A DNA stretch of 64,000 nt from Chloroherpetonaceae bacterium (lineage in GTDB: Bacteria; Bacteroidota; Chlorobiia; Chlorobiales; Thermochlorobacteraceae): contig JANRJQ010000010.1 in the NCBI GenBank assembly GCA_033763895.1, positions 2,146-66,145 of the forward strand. The letters run 5' to 3'. How positions within the stretch are numbered: the stretch's first letter is position 1; each line of letters opens with the position of its first letter. The translations under genes and the position numbers were made by a program. A model generated the notes under the pieces. It was not told where the DNA came from. It worked only from the letters and a program-made list of their open reading frames with translations, and did not search any database. Positions 40,182-48,776 of this stretch are shown piece by piece.

Positions 40182-40404
40182 TTATTCCAAACTTTCCCCC
40201 ATTTCCATTACTCATCTAAATATCTTTCGTAACAGAAAAATCCCCTGAAATTGCAAAACAACAAATCTTTGATTCATAAGTTTGTCTTTATTAAATTGAA
40301 AATCTTTAAACGAATCTTTTGGCACAAGTGTCAAATAAATAGGGTGAGCCGGGCGTTATTCGGAGATGTAAAGAATCATACCGATGAATTTTTCTTGTTA
40401 TCAA

Positions 40405-41004
40405 ATGAAAGTTTTTAAGAGTTTTCAAGTTGAATCCACCATTAAGAAGTTTTTCTGGGATATAAAAATCACTTTTTTATTTCTCTTTTTGATAAGTTGC
40501 TTTCCTATTTTTGCAAACGCTCAGCAAAAAATCGGTTTTATCGACTCTCAAGCAATTATTGATCAATTACCTGAATCGAAGGATGCACAAAGAAAGTTGG
40601 AGTTGCTTGCAACCGAATGGCAACTCGAATTAAAAAGGAAAAAAGAAGTTTTGGATAAGCTTTTTAAGGAGTATCAAGCAAAAGAGATTCTTTATACAGA
40701 AGAAATTAAGAAGCAGAAGCAAACTGAGATTGTGGATGCAGAGAGGGATATAAACGACTTTCAATCCAAAAAATTCGGTCCAAACGGTGAATATTTTCAA
40801 AAACAAGGTGAAATTATGAAGCCTATTCAAGACCGAATTTTTCAAGCGCTTCGGCGGGTGGCAACTGACGATAAATATGATTATATCTTTGACCGTTCTG
40901 GGGAGGTTATGCTCATGTACGCGAATGAAGAACACAATTTGACACAAAAAGTATTAGAGAAACTGAAGGTTATTGCCCCAGTAGGCAATTCCCAACCGAG
41001 ATAG
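40405..41004 (+). CDS. OmpH/Skp-family periplasmic chaperone
   Basis: The track ORF begins at 40384. The ATG at 40405 gives signal peptide '...FLFLISCFPIFANA|QQ'. It has 'KIGFIDSQAI' and a coiled-coil core typical of Skp. Confidence 0.75.
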   Translation: MKVFKSFQVESTIKKFFWDIKITFLFLFLISCFPIFANAQQKIGFIDSQAIIDQLPESKDAQRKLELLATEWQLELKRKKEVLDKLFKEYQAKEILYTEEIKKQKQTEIVDAERDINDFQSKKFGPNGEYFQKQGEIMKPIQDRIFQALRRVATDDKYDYIFDRSGEVMLMYANEEHNLTQKVLEKLKVIAPVGNSQPR

Positions 41005-41049
41005 AATTTTTTAAGGATTTATTTCAAATAACAGGAGGAAATTAAATAC

Positions 41050-41592
41050 ATGAAATCGAAAGAAACATTGATTCGCATCGCTTCAAATTCAAAAGGAGTC
41101 ATTTTTGGCTTTGCCCTTGCTTTAGGGCTTGGAGTTGGTTCAGCTTTTATTCAGCGTTCACCCGAAAAGGTAGGCTATGTTGAAGTTGAAAAGATATTAG
41201 CTGAAATGCCCAAAGCGAAAGCGGTTCGGGAAAAACTTGAAAAAGATGCCAAAGCCGCTCAGGATGAAATGCAAAAGAAGCAAAAAGAATTGCAAGATGC
41301 GGGTGAGCAATATGAAAGAAAAAAATCGTTGATGAATGATGCGGAGAAAAAGAGACAAGAAGAAGAGTTAAGAACGCGTTATCAACAAGCACAACAAACC
41401 GCAGCACAGCTTTCGGAAAATCTCAGAAAAAAAGAAGCTGAACTTCTTCGTCCAATTGAAGAAGAAATAATGAAAGCTGTTGAAAAAGTGGCTCAAAAAG
41501 AGGGTTATAGTCTTGTGGTGAATAAAGCCGCAGTAATGTATGGCGCCAAACAGACCAATCTGACCTTTGATGTCATTAAAGCAATTCAATAA
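41050..41592 (+). CDS. OmpH/Skp-family periplasmic chaperone (second copy)
   Basis: 180 aa with an AGGAGG RBS upstream. It has a signal/anchor segment, 'VGYVEVEKIL', and a coiled-coil K/E/Q-rich core. Confidence 0.75.
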   Translation: MKSKETLIRIASNSKGVIFGFALALGLGVGSAFIQRSPEKVGYVEVEKILAEMPKAKAVREKLEKDAKAAQDEMQKKQKELQDAGEQYERKKSLMNDAEKKRQEEELRTRYQQAQQTAAQLSENLRKKEAELLRPIEEEIMKAVEKVAQKEGYSLVVNKAAVMYGAKQTNLTFDVIKAIQ

Positions 41593-41613
41593 TTTACATT
41601 TGGAAATTTTCAA

Positions 41614-41643
41614 AAGGCGATTCGGTGAATCGCCTTTTTTTTT
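41614..41643 (+). terminator. Rho-independent terminator after the Skp pair
   Basis: 10-bp stem AAGGCGATTC / GAATCGCCTT with a 3-nt loop, followed by a T-run through 41643. Confidence 0.75.
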
Positions 41644-41707
41644 GAGCATCTTTTTCAGATTCTGAGTACAAAATGTTAAGCTTTAAATTCAACCCTAAAT
41701 TCCAAAA

Positions 41708-42343
41708 ATGTGTCAAGTGAAATCGAACATTGCCGTGCTATTATTCTTCATGATTTTCAATATAGGTGTAAGTGCTCAAGTGAAAACAACAGAGGAAAGG
41801 GTTGTTTTATTTTTGGGAGATAGTATCACAGCCGGGCTTGGACTTTCGCTTGAAGAGTCTTTTCCGTTTTTATTACAGCAACGGGTTGATTCCTTAAACC
41901 TAAACGCGAAATTGATTAACGCGGGGCTTAGTGGAGAAACATCAGCGGGAGGTTTGAGAAGAGCACCTTGGTTGTTTAAGCAAAAGGTCGATATTTTAGT
42001 CTTGGAATTGGGTGGAAACGACGGGCTTCGTGGAATCGAACCGAATGCTACAAAAGTGAATTTGAAAGCCATCATAGACTTAGCAAGGGAAAAGAATCCG
42101 AGAATTGAAATTATCTTAGCAGGAATACAAGTACCACCGAATCTTGGCAAAAAATATCGCGAGTCGTTTAGTGAAATCTTTCCTGCTATTGCAAAAGAAA
42201 AAAAGGTAAGGTTAATCCCCTTCATCTTAGAAGGCGTTGGTGGAAACCCTAAGTTGAATTTGCCGGATGGTATTCATCCGACAGCCGAGGGGCATCGAAT
42301 TCTTGCTGAAACTGTATGGAAGCAATTAAAACTTGTACTGTAA
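41708..42343 (+). CDS. SGNH/GDSL-family arylesterase/lysophospholipase (TesA-like), secreted
   Basis: 211 aa with a signal peptide. Block I is 'FLGDSITAG', then 'GGNDG', and block V is 'DGIHP'. Confidence 0.8.
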   Translation: MCQVKSNIAVLLFFMIFNIGVSAQVKTTEERVVLFLGDSITAGLGLSLEESFPFLLQQRVDSLNLNAKLINAGLSGETSAGGLRRAPWLFKQKVDILVLELGGNDGLRGIEPNATKVNLKAIIDLAREKNPRIEIILAGIQVPPNLGKKYRESFSEIFPAIAKEKKVRLIPFILEGVGGNPKLNLPDGIHPTAEGHRILAETVWKQLKLVL

Positions 42344-42393
42344 GTAATGCTTGGAAATAACTTGGTTAGTGGATAAAACAAACGTTGTTATAA

Positions 42394-42747
42394 ATGGAAA
42401 ATTGTATTTTTTGCAAAATCGCATCCGGAGCGATTCCCTCCAAAAAGGTTTATGAAGACGAAGAAATATTTGCTTTTCATGATATCAATCCGGTAGCCCC
42501 AATTCACATCTTGATTATCCCAAAAAAACATATTGCGTCACTGGTAGAAGTAACGACAGACGATTTGTTTCTTTTGGGGAAAATGATGCATGTTGCAAAG
42601 CAGTTAGCGGCTGAATTTGGGCTTTCTGACAAAGGCTATCGTATCAACATCAATACAAATGCAGACGGTGGGCAAACAGTGTTTCATTTGCATGTTCATT
42701 TAATCGGAGGAAAGCGGATGGGGTGGCCTCCTTTCCCGACAATTTGA
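42394..42747 (+). CDS. HIT-family (histidine triad) nucleotide-binding protein
   Basis: 117 aa. It has 'CIFCKI' and the triad 'HLHVHLIGG'. Confidence 0.9.
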   Translation: MENCIFCKIASGAIPSKKVYEDEEIFAFHDINPVAPIHILIIPKKHIASLVEVTTDDLFLLGKMMHVAKQLAAEFGLSDKGYRININTNADGGQTVFHLHVHLIGGKRMGWPPFPTI

Positions 42748-42866
42748 CAGAAAAAAGGCGTAATTAATTTTGACTTTTGAAATAGGTAAAACGAATGGAA
42801 TTTCATTAACTTGAGTCTGAAATTCGATATGAATGAGTTTCGATAAAGAGTGATTTTCAAACGGGA

Positions 42867-43208
42867 ATGACCACATCACAACTTTCAACACGAATAGAAT
42901 TCTTGAAGAGTTTTTTGGAAAAGGATCCAAATGATTCCTTTTCTAGATATGCGCTTGCGCTCGATTATTTAAATAGTGGAGATATCTCCTTGGCGGTTGA
43001 AGAATTTGAAAGGTTACTCAAAATCGACCCTAATTATAGTGCTACTTATTATCATTTTGGAAAAGTGCTCGAACGATTAGGTAAAACTTCTGAAGCCAAA
43101 GAACTTTATCAAAAAGGCATAGAATTAACAACAAAAAAGGGTGAGGCACATGCCTTAAAAGAGTTAAAGGAGGCTCTTTTTACACTCACACTTAGTGAAG
43201 AAGATTAA
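42867..43208 (+). CDS. Small TPR-repeat protein
   Basis: 113 aa with two or three TPR-like units ('YALALDYLNSGDISLAVEEFERLLKIDPNYSATYYHFGKVLERLGKTSEAKELYQKGIEL'). Confidence 0.6.
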   Translation: MTTSQLSTRIEFLKSFLEKDPNDSFSRYALALDYLNSGDISLAVEEFERLLKIDPNYSATYYHFGKVLERLGKTSEAKELYQKGIELTTKKGEAHALKELKEALFTLTLSEED

Positions 43209-43245
43209 TTTGAATTGAAACCATAAACTTAACTCGCTTACCATT

Positions 43246-45993
43246 ATGGGTAAAAGTGTTACCATACAGAATAGAAACCTGCTGAAAACTGCAATGGCAT
43301 TCGTTGCAATTTTATTTTTTGCCCAATTTTCTTTGGCTCAAGATCAAATCTCAGTCAAGAATGAAAGCGCCGAAGAGGGAAAAGACCTTCGAGTAACAAT
43401 TAGTTTTCCATTACAACCGATAGTTAGTGCAACATTGCGGTATAAGGCCTTTGATAATGCCGATTGGCGAACTGTAGAAGCACGGCCGGAAGGTCAGAAT
43501 TTTATTGCAGTGATTCCGGGAGAATTTGTTGCTCCTCCGTCCATCATGTACTATGTTCAGGCCAAATTGGGAGATGGTAGGGTTTTAACTTTCCCTGTAA
43601 ATACCCCGACAACGACACCAGTGATAACAACCGTTCGTCCGAAACCGGAAGACGAGCGGCTTTTTATAATTTCGCCAACTGCCGGTGAAAAGATAAGACC
43701 AGAAGATTTGATTGTCGTGTATTCGTTTTATCGAATTTCGGATAAAGTGGCGCGTTTTCGAGTCGTTCTTTCTAAAGACGGTTCGCAACGTGATGTCACA
43801 AATCAAACCACAAAATCTGAGAATACTCTAACCTTTATTCCTGAAGAAGGAGAGATTGAAGACGGAGTTTACAGTGTAGAGGTTGTGCTATTTGATAAAG
43901 ACAATAAACCCATTGCTCAAGCGAAAAATAATTTCACGATGACGGGTTCGGGAAAGTTTGACGAATATGGAAATGAAGTGCCGCCTGCACCCGGCTTTTC
44001 TTACTTATCTGATACTTGGGTAGAAGGCCGTCAAGAAAAGCAAACATTTGCCAGAACTGTTCAATCGCTTATTGACCCTAGTTTACCACCTACAATTGAA
44101 TTTGCAGATACCAATTTAACCTATATCCGATTTAACACCAACCTTGATACGAAGATTAATGGCTGGTTAAGAATAGGTGGAAATGTTTATTTAACAAACG
44201 AAGAGAGAGCAAATGCCCAAGCGGCAAATCGGTTTTTAATTAAATTAGAAACGGATGTTTTGAGTCTTCGATATGGCGATGTTTTTCCTGAGTATTCTTA
44301 CTATCTCACCAACGGGGTTCGCGTGAGAGGGATAGAAGCCGATTTAAGGCTAGGCGGATTTAGAGCGACAGTAACACAAGGTGAAGCAAATCGGGCTTTT
44401 GAAGCGGTTTCTGATACAGTAATTACGTTAACTATTGCGAATGACACGATCGCAGCCATTGTTCAAAGGGATCAAGACAATGGGGTGCCCGGTATTTGGA
44501 CTTTGGTTGATTCCTCAGCTGCCGGTAAAACTTATCGGAGAATCACAACTGCTGGTTCGTTTAAGCGAAGTTTAACGACTGGGGTCATTGGGCTTGATTC
44601 AGATAATTTTAAGTTTTTACTTTCAGTATTAAAGAGCCGTGATGAAATTGGCGTAAATGAATTCAACACGAGAGGTGTAAGGCCACAAGATAACTTAGCA
44701 TTAGGGGGAACTTTGCACTTGAGTATTGTCCCCGAGCATTTTGATCTATTTGGAGATTTTGGAATTGGTGCTTCGAACCGTGACATTACCGGAGGTTCAT
44801 TAACCCCAGAGCAATTTGAGAGGCTTACTGACCAAAAGATTACTGCAGATCAGATACGAAACATACCGGGAGGATATGATTTTATTACAAATTTGATTAC
44901 ACTGAACGCCAACTTAAACCCGCTTAATCCCTTAGACCTATCTTCATTGGCTTTTAGAGGAGGGGCTAATTTGACAATTTCAACTAATTACTTGCGAGCT
45001 GAGTTTATTCGCCAAGGTCAAAACTATCAATCTTTCGGATTAGCCTTTTATCAACCGGATATTCAAGGATTTAGGGTTAATGATCGTTTAAGACTTTTTG
45101 GAAGTAAAGTCATTTTGAATGCAGGGTTTGAAAATATGCAGGATAACTTATTAGGGCTTCGAAATAAGCAAGCGGCTTCCCAAACGTTAGTTGGTACTGT
45201 AACCCGTCAATTAATTCGTGGCGGCGTGTCAACATTCTTAGGCGGCGGCGCACCAAATTTCCGATTAGAAGTTCAAGCGATTAACAACTCAAATGCAATT
45301 CCGCTTGTTTATCGAGATAGCGTTACAAGATTAGAGACAGGCTCCGTGGCGATATTAGGAAATAGAAGCGGTTTATCAGCTCGGGTAGATAATTCGACAA
45401 CAATGATTTCAGGTGATGTTCAAAAAGCTTTTACGATGGCAGACAACTCTGAAATTTCATTTACTTTACTCGGAACGCTGACCAGCCGAAATGATAATCG
45501 GGAACTCTCGCGTCCAAAAACAACCGGAGGAACTTCGGCGGCGGATACGATTCGATATTCATCACAAGATTTGGGAGTTCTTTCTCAAGATTTTACAAGC
45601 ACCAACTTTGGTTTTAGCACTACCTATTCTATACCTAATTCAATACGAGCCTCTTTAGCCTATTCAGCTCAAGGGCTTGAATATTTCGGACTAAATGAAC
45701 TAAATGCGCCAACGTTGATCAAGCAAAATTTTTCAAGTTTGGATGCAGCACTTGGGCTCAATTTCTTTGAAAATAAGTTACGCCCAATGCTTCGTGCTTC
45801 ATTTACTTTTGGTGATTTTTCAAGATCCCTATTTGGGTTAATCGTCGCTTATGACATCAATTCTTCAATGAATCTTGCCGGCGACTTTGCATACTCAACG
45901 GTAGGTGGAATTGCAACAAATGGCGTTCAAACGCCCAATAGCAATAATATTGTGGCTGCATTGCGATTCCAAATGGTACTTGGTAATCAATAG
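43246..45993 (+). CDS. Large secreted protein: N-terminal Ig-like modules plus a probable outer-membrane beta-barrel; function unknown
   Basis: 915 aa with signal peptide '...FFAQFSLA|QD'. About 230 aa of beta-sandwich-like sequence are followed by ~650 aa rich in G/N/S/T with an alternating hydrophobic pattern. I recognise no named family. Confidence 0.45.
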   Translation: MGKSVTIQNRNLLKTAMAFVAILFFAQFSLAQDQISVKNESAEEGKDLRVTISFPLQPIVSATLRYKAFDNADWRTVEARPEGQNFIAVIPGEFVAPPSIMYYVQAKLGDGRVLTFPVNTPTTTPVITTVRPKPEDERLFIISPTAGEKIRPEDLIVVYSFYRISDKVARFRVVLSKDGSQRDVTNQTTKSENTLTFIPEEGEIEDGVYSVEVVLFDKDNKPIAQAKNNFTMTGSGKFDEYGNEVPPAPGFSYLSDTWVEGRQEKQTFARTVQSLIDPSLPPTIEFADTNLTYIRFNTNLDTKINGWLRIGGNVYLTNEERANAQAANRFLIKLETDVLSLRYGDVFPEYSYYLTNGVRVRGIEADLRLGGFRATVTQGEANRAFEAVSDTVITLTIANDTIAAIVQRDQDNGVPGIWTLVDSSAAGKTYRRITTAGSFKRSLTTGVIGLDSDNFKFLLSVLKSRDEIGVNEFNTRGVRPQDNLALGGTLHLSIVPEHFDLFGDFGIGASNRDITGGSLTPEQFERLTDQKITADQIRNIPGGYDFITNLITLNANLNPLNPLDLSSLAFRGGANLTISTNYLRAEFIRQGQNYQSFGLAFYQPDIQGFRVNDRLRLFGSKVILNAGFENMQDNLLGLRNKQAASQTLVGTVTRQLIRGGVSTFLGGGAPNFRLEVQAINNSNAIPLVYRDSVTRLETGSVAILGNRSGLSARVDNSTTMISGDVQKAFTMADNSEISFTLLGTLTSRNDNRELSRPKTTGGTSAADTIRYSSQDLGVLSQDFTSTNFGFSTTYSIPNSIRASLAYSAQGLEYFGLNELNAPTLIKQNFSSLDAALGLNFFENKLRPMLRASFTFGDFSRSLFGLIVAYDINSSMNLAGDFAYSTVGGIATNGVQTPNSNNIVAALRFQMVLGNQ

Positions 45994-46001
45994 GGACTGC
46001 T

Positions 46002-47249
46002 GTGGAATCGCGTACTTCTGAAAGAGGATATACCGTAATTGCGCGGAAATATCGGCCGATGAAATTCGCCGATATTTCCGCGCAAGATCATATTACCCGC
46101 ACCTTGCAAAATGCGATTCGAACCGGAAGAATTGCTCACGGTTATATTTTTTCTGGTTCACGAGGCGTTGGTAAAACGACTTCTGCAAGGATTTTAGCCA
46201 AAGCTTTGAATTGTGAGAAAGTTTTGACCGACGAACATTATCGGAAGGAAATTGCGGAGCCTTGTGGGGTTTGTGAAAGTTGCCGCGACTTTGATTCAGG
46301 GGAAAGCCTAAATATTTTTGAATTTGATGCAGCATCGAACAATAGTGTTGACGATGTTCGTTCGCTCCGAGATAACATCCGATACGGTCCTCAAAAGGGA
46401 AAGTATCGGGTTTACATTATTGATGAGTTTCACATGCTCTCCGCAGCTGCTTTTAACGCTCTGTTAAAGACGCTCGAGGAACCTCCACCACATGCAATAT
46501 TTATTTTCGCGACAACTGAGCTTCATAAAGTCCCACCGACCATTTCGTCGCGGTGTCAGCGATTTATTTTTAAGCGAATTGCAGCTATTGATATTGCTCA
46601 ACGACTCAGGCATATTTGTGATGTTGAAGGAATTCGGGCTGATGAAGATGCGCTACAACTGATTTCAAGAAAAGCTGACGGGGCAATGCGAGATGCTCAA
46701 AGCTTGCTTGATCAAGTGATAGCATTCTTTTCAGCTGAAGAAGATGGCGATTCTTTTAATATTGATTACAAGCGCGTTTCTGAACTGTTGAATACAATCG
46801 GTGAAGAGCAACTCTTTTCAGTGACCGATGCAATAACAGAAAAAGATGCTCAAAAAATGCTCGAAGTCAGTCAATTCATTTATGAGAATGGCTACGACGC
46901 ATCCTATTTCTTAGATGAATTGGTAAGGCATATTCGAAACTTGATGATCATCAAAAATGTCCGATCAAGTCGCTTGATTGATGGTACAGAGCAAACCAAA
47001 AAGCGATATGAAAGCTCTGCACAAAATTTTACTGCCGATATTCTTACTCAATTTGCAGAAGTATTAGCAAAAACCTCTCAAGAGATTCGGCAATTGAGAG
47101 AACCTCAGTTAAGGCTTGAGCTCTCGCTTTTAAGACTGATTGATATTCATTCATCAGGTTCGTTGGATGCGAGATTGCAAGAGGTTGAAAAGGGTTTAGC
47201 CGCTATTCAAGAACTCATAAAAAAAAAGAATTCTTCCAAAACGGGATAG
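46002..47249 (+). CDS. dnaX: DNA polymerase III subunit gamma/tau, zero-frame product (415 aa, gamma-like)
   Basis: GTG start. It has AAA+ clamp-loader motifs 'GSRGVGKTT', a zinc module 'CGVCESCRDF', 'YIIDEFHMLS' and the 'SRCQRF' sensor. The frame ends at TAG 47247-47249, six codons after an A9G tract. Confidence 0.9.
   Translation: MESRTSERGYTVIARKYRPMKFADISAQDHITRTLQNAIRTGRIAHGYIFSGSRGVGKTTSARILAKALNCEKVLTDEHYRKEIAEPCGVCESCRDFDSGESLNIFEFDAASNNSVDDVRSLRDNIRYGPQKGKYRVYIIDEFHMLSAAAFNALLKTLEEPPPHAIFIFATTELHKVPPTISSRCQRFIFKRIAAIDIAQRLRHICDVEGIRADEDALQLISRKADGAMRDAQSLLDQVIAFFSAEEDGDSFNIDYKRVSELLNTIGEEQLFSVTDAITEKDAQKMLEVSQFIYENGYDASYFLDELVRHIRNLMIIKNVRSSRLIDGTEQTKKRYESSAQNFTADILTQFAEVLAKTSQEIRQLREPQLRLELSLLRLIDIHSSGSLDARLQEVEKGLAAIQELIKKKNSSKTG
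47219..47228 (+). other. Recoding signal: A9G tract containing the A_AAA_AAG -1 slippery heptamer (47222-47228) in zero-frame phase
   Basis: The zero-frame codons are ATA AAA AAA AAG. This is the same heptamer and phasing as the E. coli dnaX frameshift site. A nine-A run is also the transcriptional-slippage substrate described for Thermus dnaX. Confidence 0.6.
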
Positions 47250-47911
47250 AAGAACAAGAGAATGCAAGCCCTCAAAGCAATTATGCCCCATATTCAAAAA
47301 AGGATTTAGACAGGGAGCCATTTCTTCAATATCCAAATTTCAATACAGATAAAACACTTCAGAATAACACGGGGCTACATGCGATTGATCTTACCCAATG
47401 GCATGAAAAATTTCAAAAGTTCATTTCTGAAAGTAATTATCGGCCAAGGTTAGCGCCCAAACCAACTCCAGATTTTTTTGAACTCAATTCTGCACAGGTT
47501 CAAAATAATGTTCGAAACGATCTCCACGAAGCACCCAAAAATTTCCCCGTATCACTTATCAAGGAAAAGTGGGAAGGTTTCCTTAAGTATTTAGAGGAAG
47601 AGGGAGAATCAACGCTCAACGCTCATTTACGGTTTTGCGAATTAAGGAAAAGCGAGGGAAAATTATTTTTATTGTACTGTGAGAAAAGATTCTCATTTGA
47701 GCTACTGGCCGATAAAACGGAGTTGATCTCTGAAAAGGCTTCTCAGTATTACGGCTCATCAGTGAAATTTATCATCAAATTAGATAAAGAAGCGGTCAGC
47801 AAAAATGACCAATTTGAGTTAAATGATCGCGATATATTTAAGCGACTTGCCGAGTCTAATGAACTTGTCAAGTATTTGATTCAAGAATTTGGCGCTGAGC
47901 CGGGACTTTGA
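47228..47911 (+). CDS. dnaX: dnaX -1 frame continuation (tau-specific C-terminal region, 227 codons); needs a -1 shift or a +1A transcript to be joined to 46002..47228
   Basis: I translated the frame by hand from 47228 (EFFQNGIEEQENASPQ...) and found it stop-free to TGA 47909-47911. The track only lists its last 79 aa (47672..47911, TTG). The end, 'WEGFLKYLEEEG...KLFLLYCEKRFSFELL...VKFIIKLDKE', resembles the conserved DnaX C-terminal domain pattern. Confidence 0.65.
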   Translation, partial: EFFQNGIEEQENASPQSNYAPYSKKDLDREPFLQYPNFNTDKTLQNNTGLHAIDLTQWHEKFQKFISESNYRPRLAPKPTPDFFELNSAQVQNNVRNDLHEAPKNFPVSLIKEKWEGFLKYLEEEGESTLNAHLRFCELRKSEGKLFLLYCEKRFSFELLADKTELISEKASQYYGSSVKFIIKLDKEAVSKNDQFELNDRDIFKRLAESNELVKYLIQEFGAEPGL

Positions 47912-47927
47912 TTCTAAAGCCAAAAGA

Positions 47928-48707
47928 ATGAAGCATCAAATGAATAGAAAACTCTTGATTGAAAAATTACTCTTACTCATTTCAAACTTGAAGGTATTCA
48001 AGGGCGTAATCTCCTTAACCTTGATTGGTATAATGGGATGCCAAGGTTTTTTGGAAATTAATGACACGGTTATTTTCAACAATGATTTTGAATTTGATGC
48101 TCAAGGTTGGCGTGTGGGGTATTCTGATTACCCTTCGAACTTGACACTGACAGACAGTTTAGAATTGTATCAATTTCGATTTGGATATTCTCAACTTCCT
48201 CAAGAAATTTCACCTCCTCAATTTGGGATTCGGGTTCGTGGTATTAATCGAAGTGATGACTTATTTATGTATTTAAAGAAGCAAATTATAGGTTTAGAAC
48301 CCAACCAGTCATATCGAATCACATTTTCAATTGAAATTGCTTCGAATGTACCGACAAATGCAGTTGGTGCTGGTGGGGCACCCGGAGAATCTGTTTATTT
48401 GAAAGCCGGTGCAAAAGAATATGAACCTCTTAATTTTGTGGATGAAAATAATTTTTATCGGCTTAATGTGGATAAGGGAAATCAATCGATTGTAGGCATT
48501 GATGCAACACTCTTGGGAAACATTGGTGTTTCTGATACGACTACCATTTATGAACTCATTTTACGTGAAAGTCAAACCTCACTTATTTGTAAATCCAATT
48601 CCGATGGGGCGATATGGGTTTTTGTGGGAACTGATAGCGGATATGAGGGTTTAACAGAGATTTACTATAACAGCATCCGTGTGACTGCCACATCTCAAAG
48701 GAATTGA
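47928..48707 (+). CDS. Hypothetical lipoprotein
   Basis: The track ORF 47889..48707 overlaps the dnaX tail. The ATG at 47928 gives 'MKHQMNRK...LTLIGIMGC' with a lipobox-like signal. The rest is beta-rich with no recognised motif. Confidence 0.5.
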   Translation: MKHQMNRKLLIEKLLLLISNLKVFKGVISLTLIGIMGCQGFLEINDTVIFNNDFEFDAQGWRVGYSDYPSNLTLTDSLELYQFRFGYSQLPQEISPPQFGIRVRGINRSDDLFMYLKKQIIGLEPNQSYRITFSIEIASNVPTNAVGAGGAPGESVYLKAGAKEYEPLNFVDENNFYRLNVDKGNQSIVGIDATLLGNIGVSDTTTIYELILRESQTSLICKSNSDGAIWVFVGTDSGYEGLTEIYYNSIRVTATSQRN

Positions 48708-48724
48708 TGTAAATCAACTCGTTT

Positions 48725-48758
48725 AAAAAAAATAGCCACAAAAGCGGCTATTCTTTTT
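48725..48758. terminator. Probable bidirectional terminator between the convergent lipoprotein gene and hslU
   Basis: 7-bp stem AATAGCC / GGCTATT with an 8-nt loop, A8 upstream and CTTTTT downstream. Confidence 0.5.
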
Positions 48759-48776
48759 AACAACTTTTAATGGAAT

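Noticed and set aside
47231-47254. A hairpin TTCTTC / GAAGAA 3 nt downstream of the dnaX slippery heptamer, considered as a frameshift-stimulating structure.
   Set aside because: It has only 6 bp (four A-U pairs) with a 12-nt loop, far weaker than the E. coli dnaX stimulator. No upstream SD-like element is visible either. I mention it in the dnaX finding but do not treat it as support.
47672-47911. A 79-aa ORF (TTG start) listed in the track as a possible stand-alone small gene downstream of dnaX.
   Set aside because: Its frame is open all the way back to the A9G tract at 47228, and its sequence resembles the DnaX C-terminal domain. It is better explained as the end of the -1 frame tau extension.
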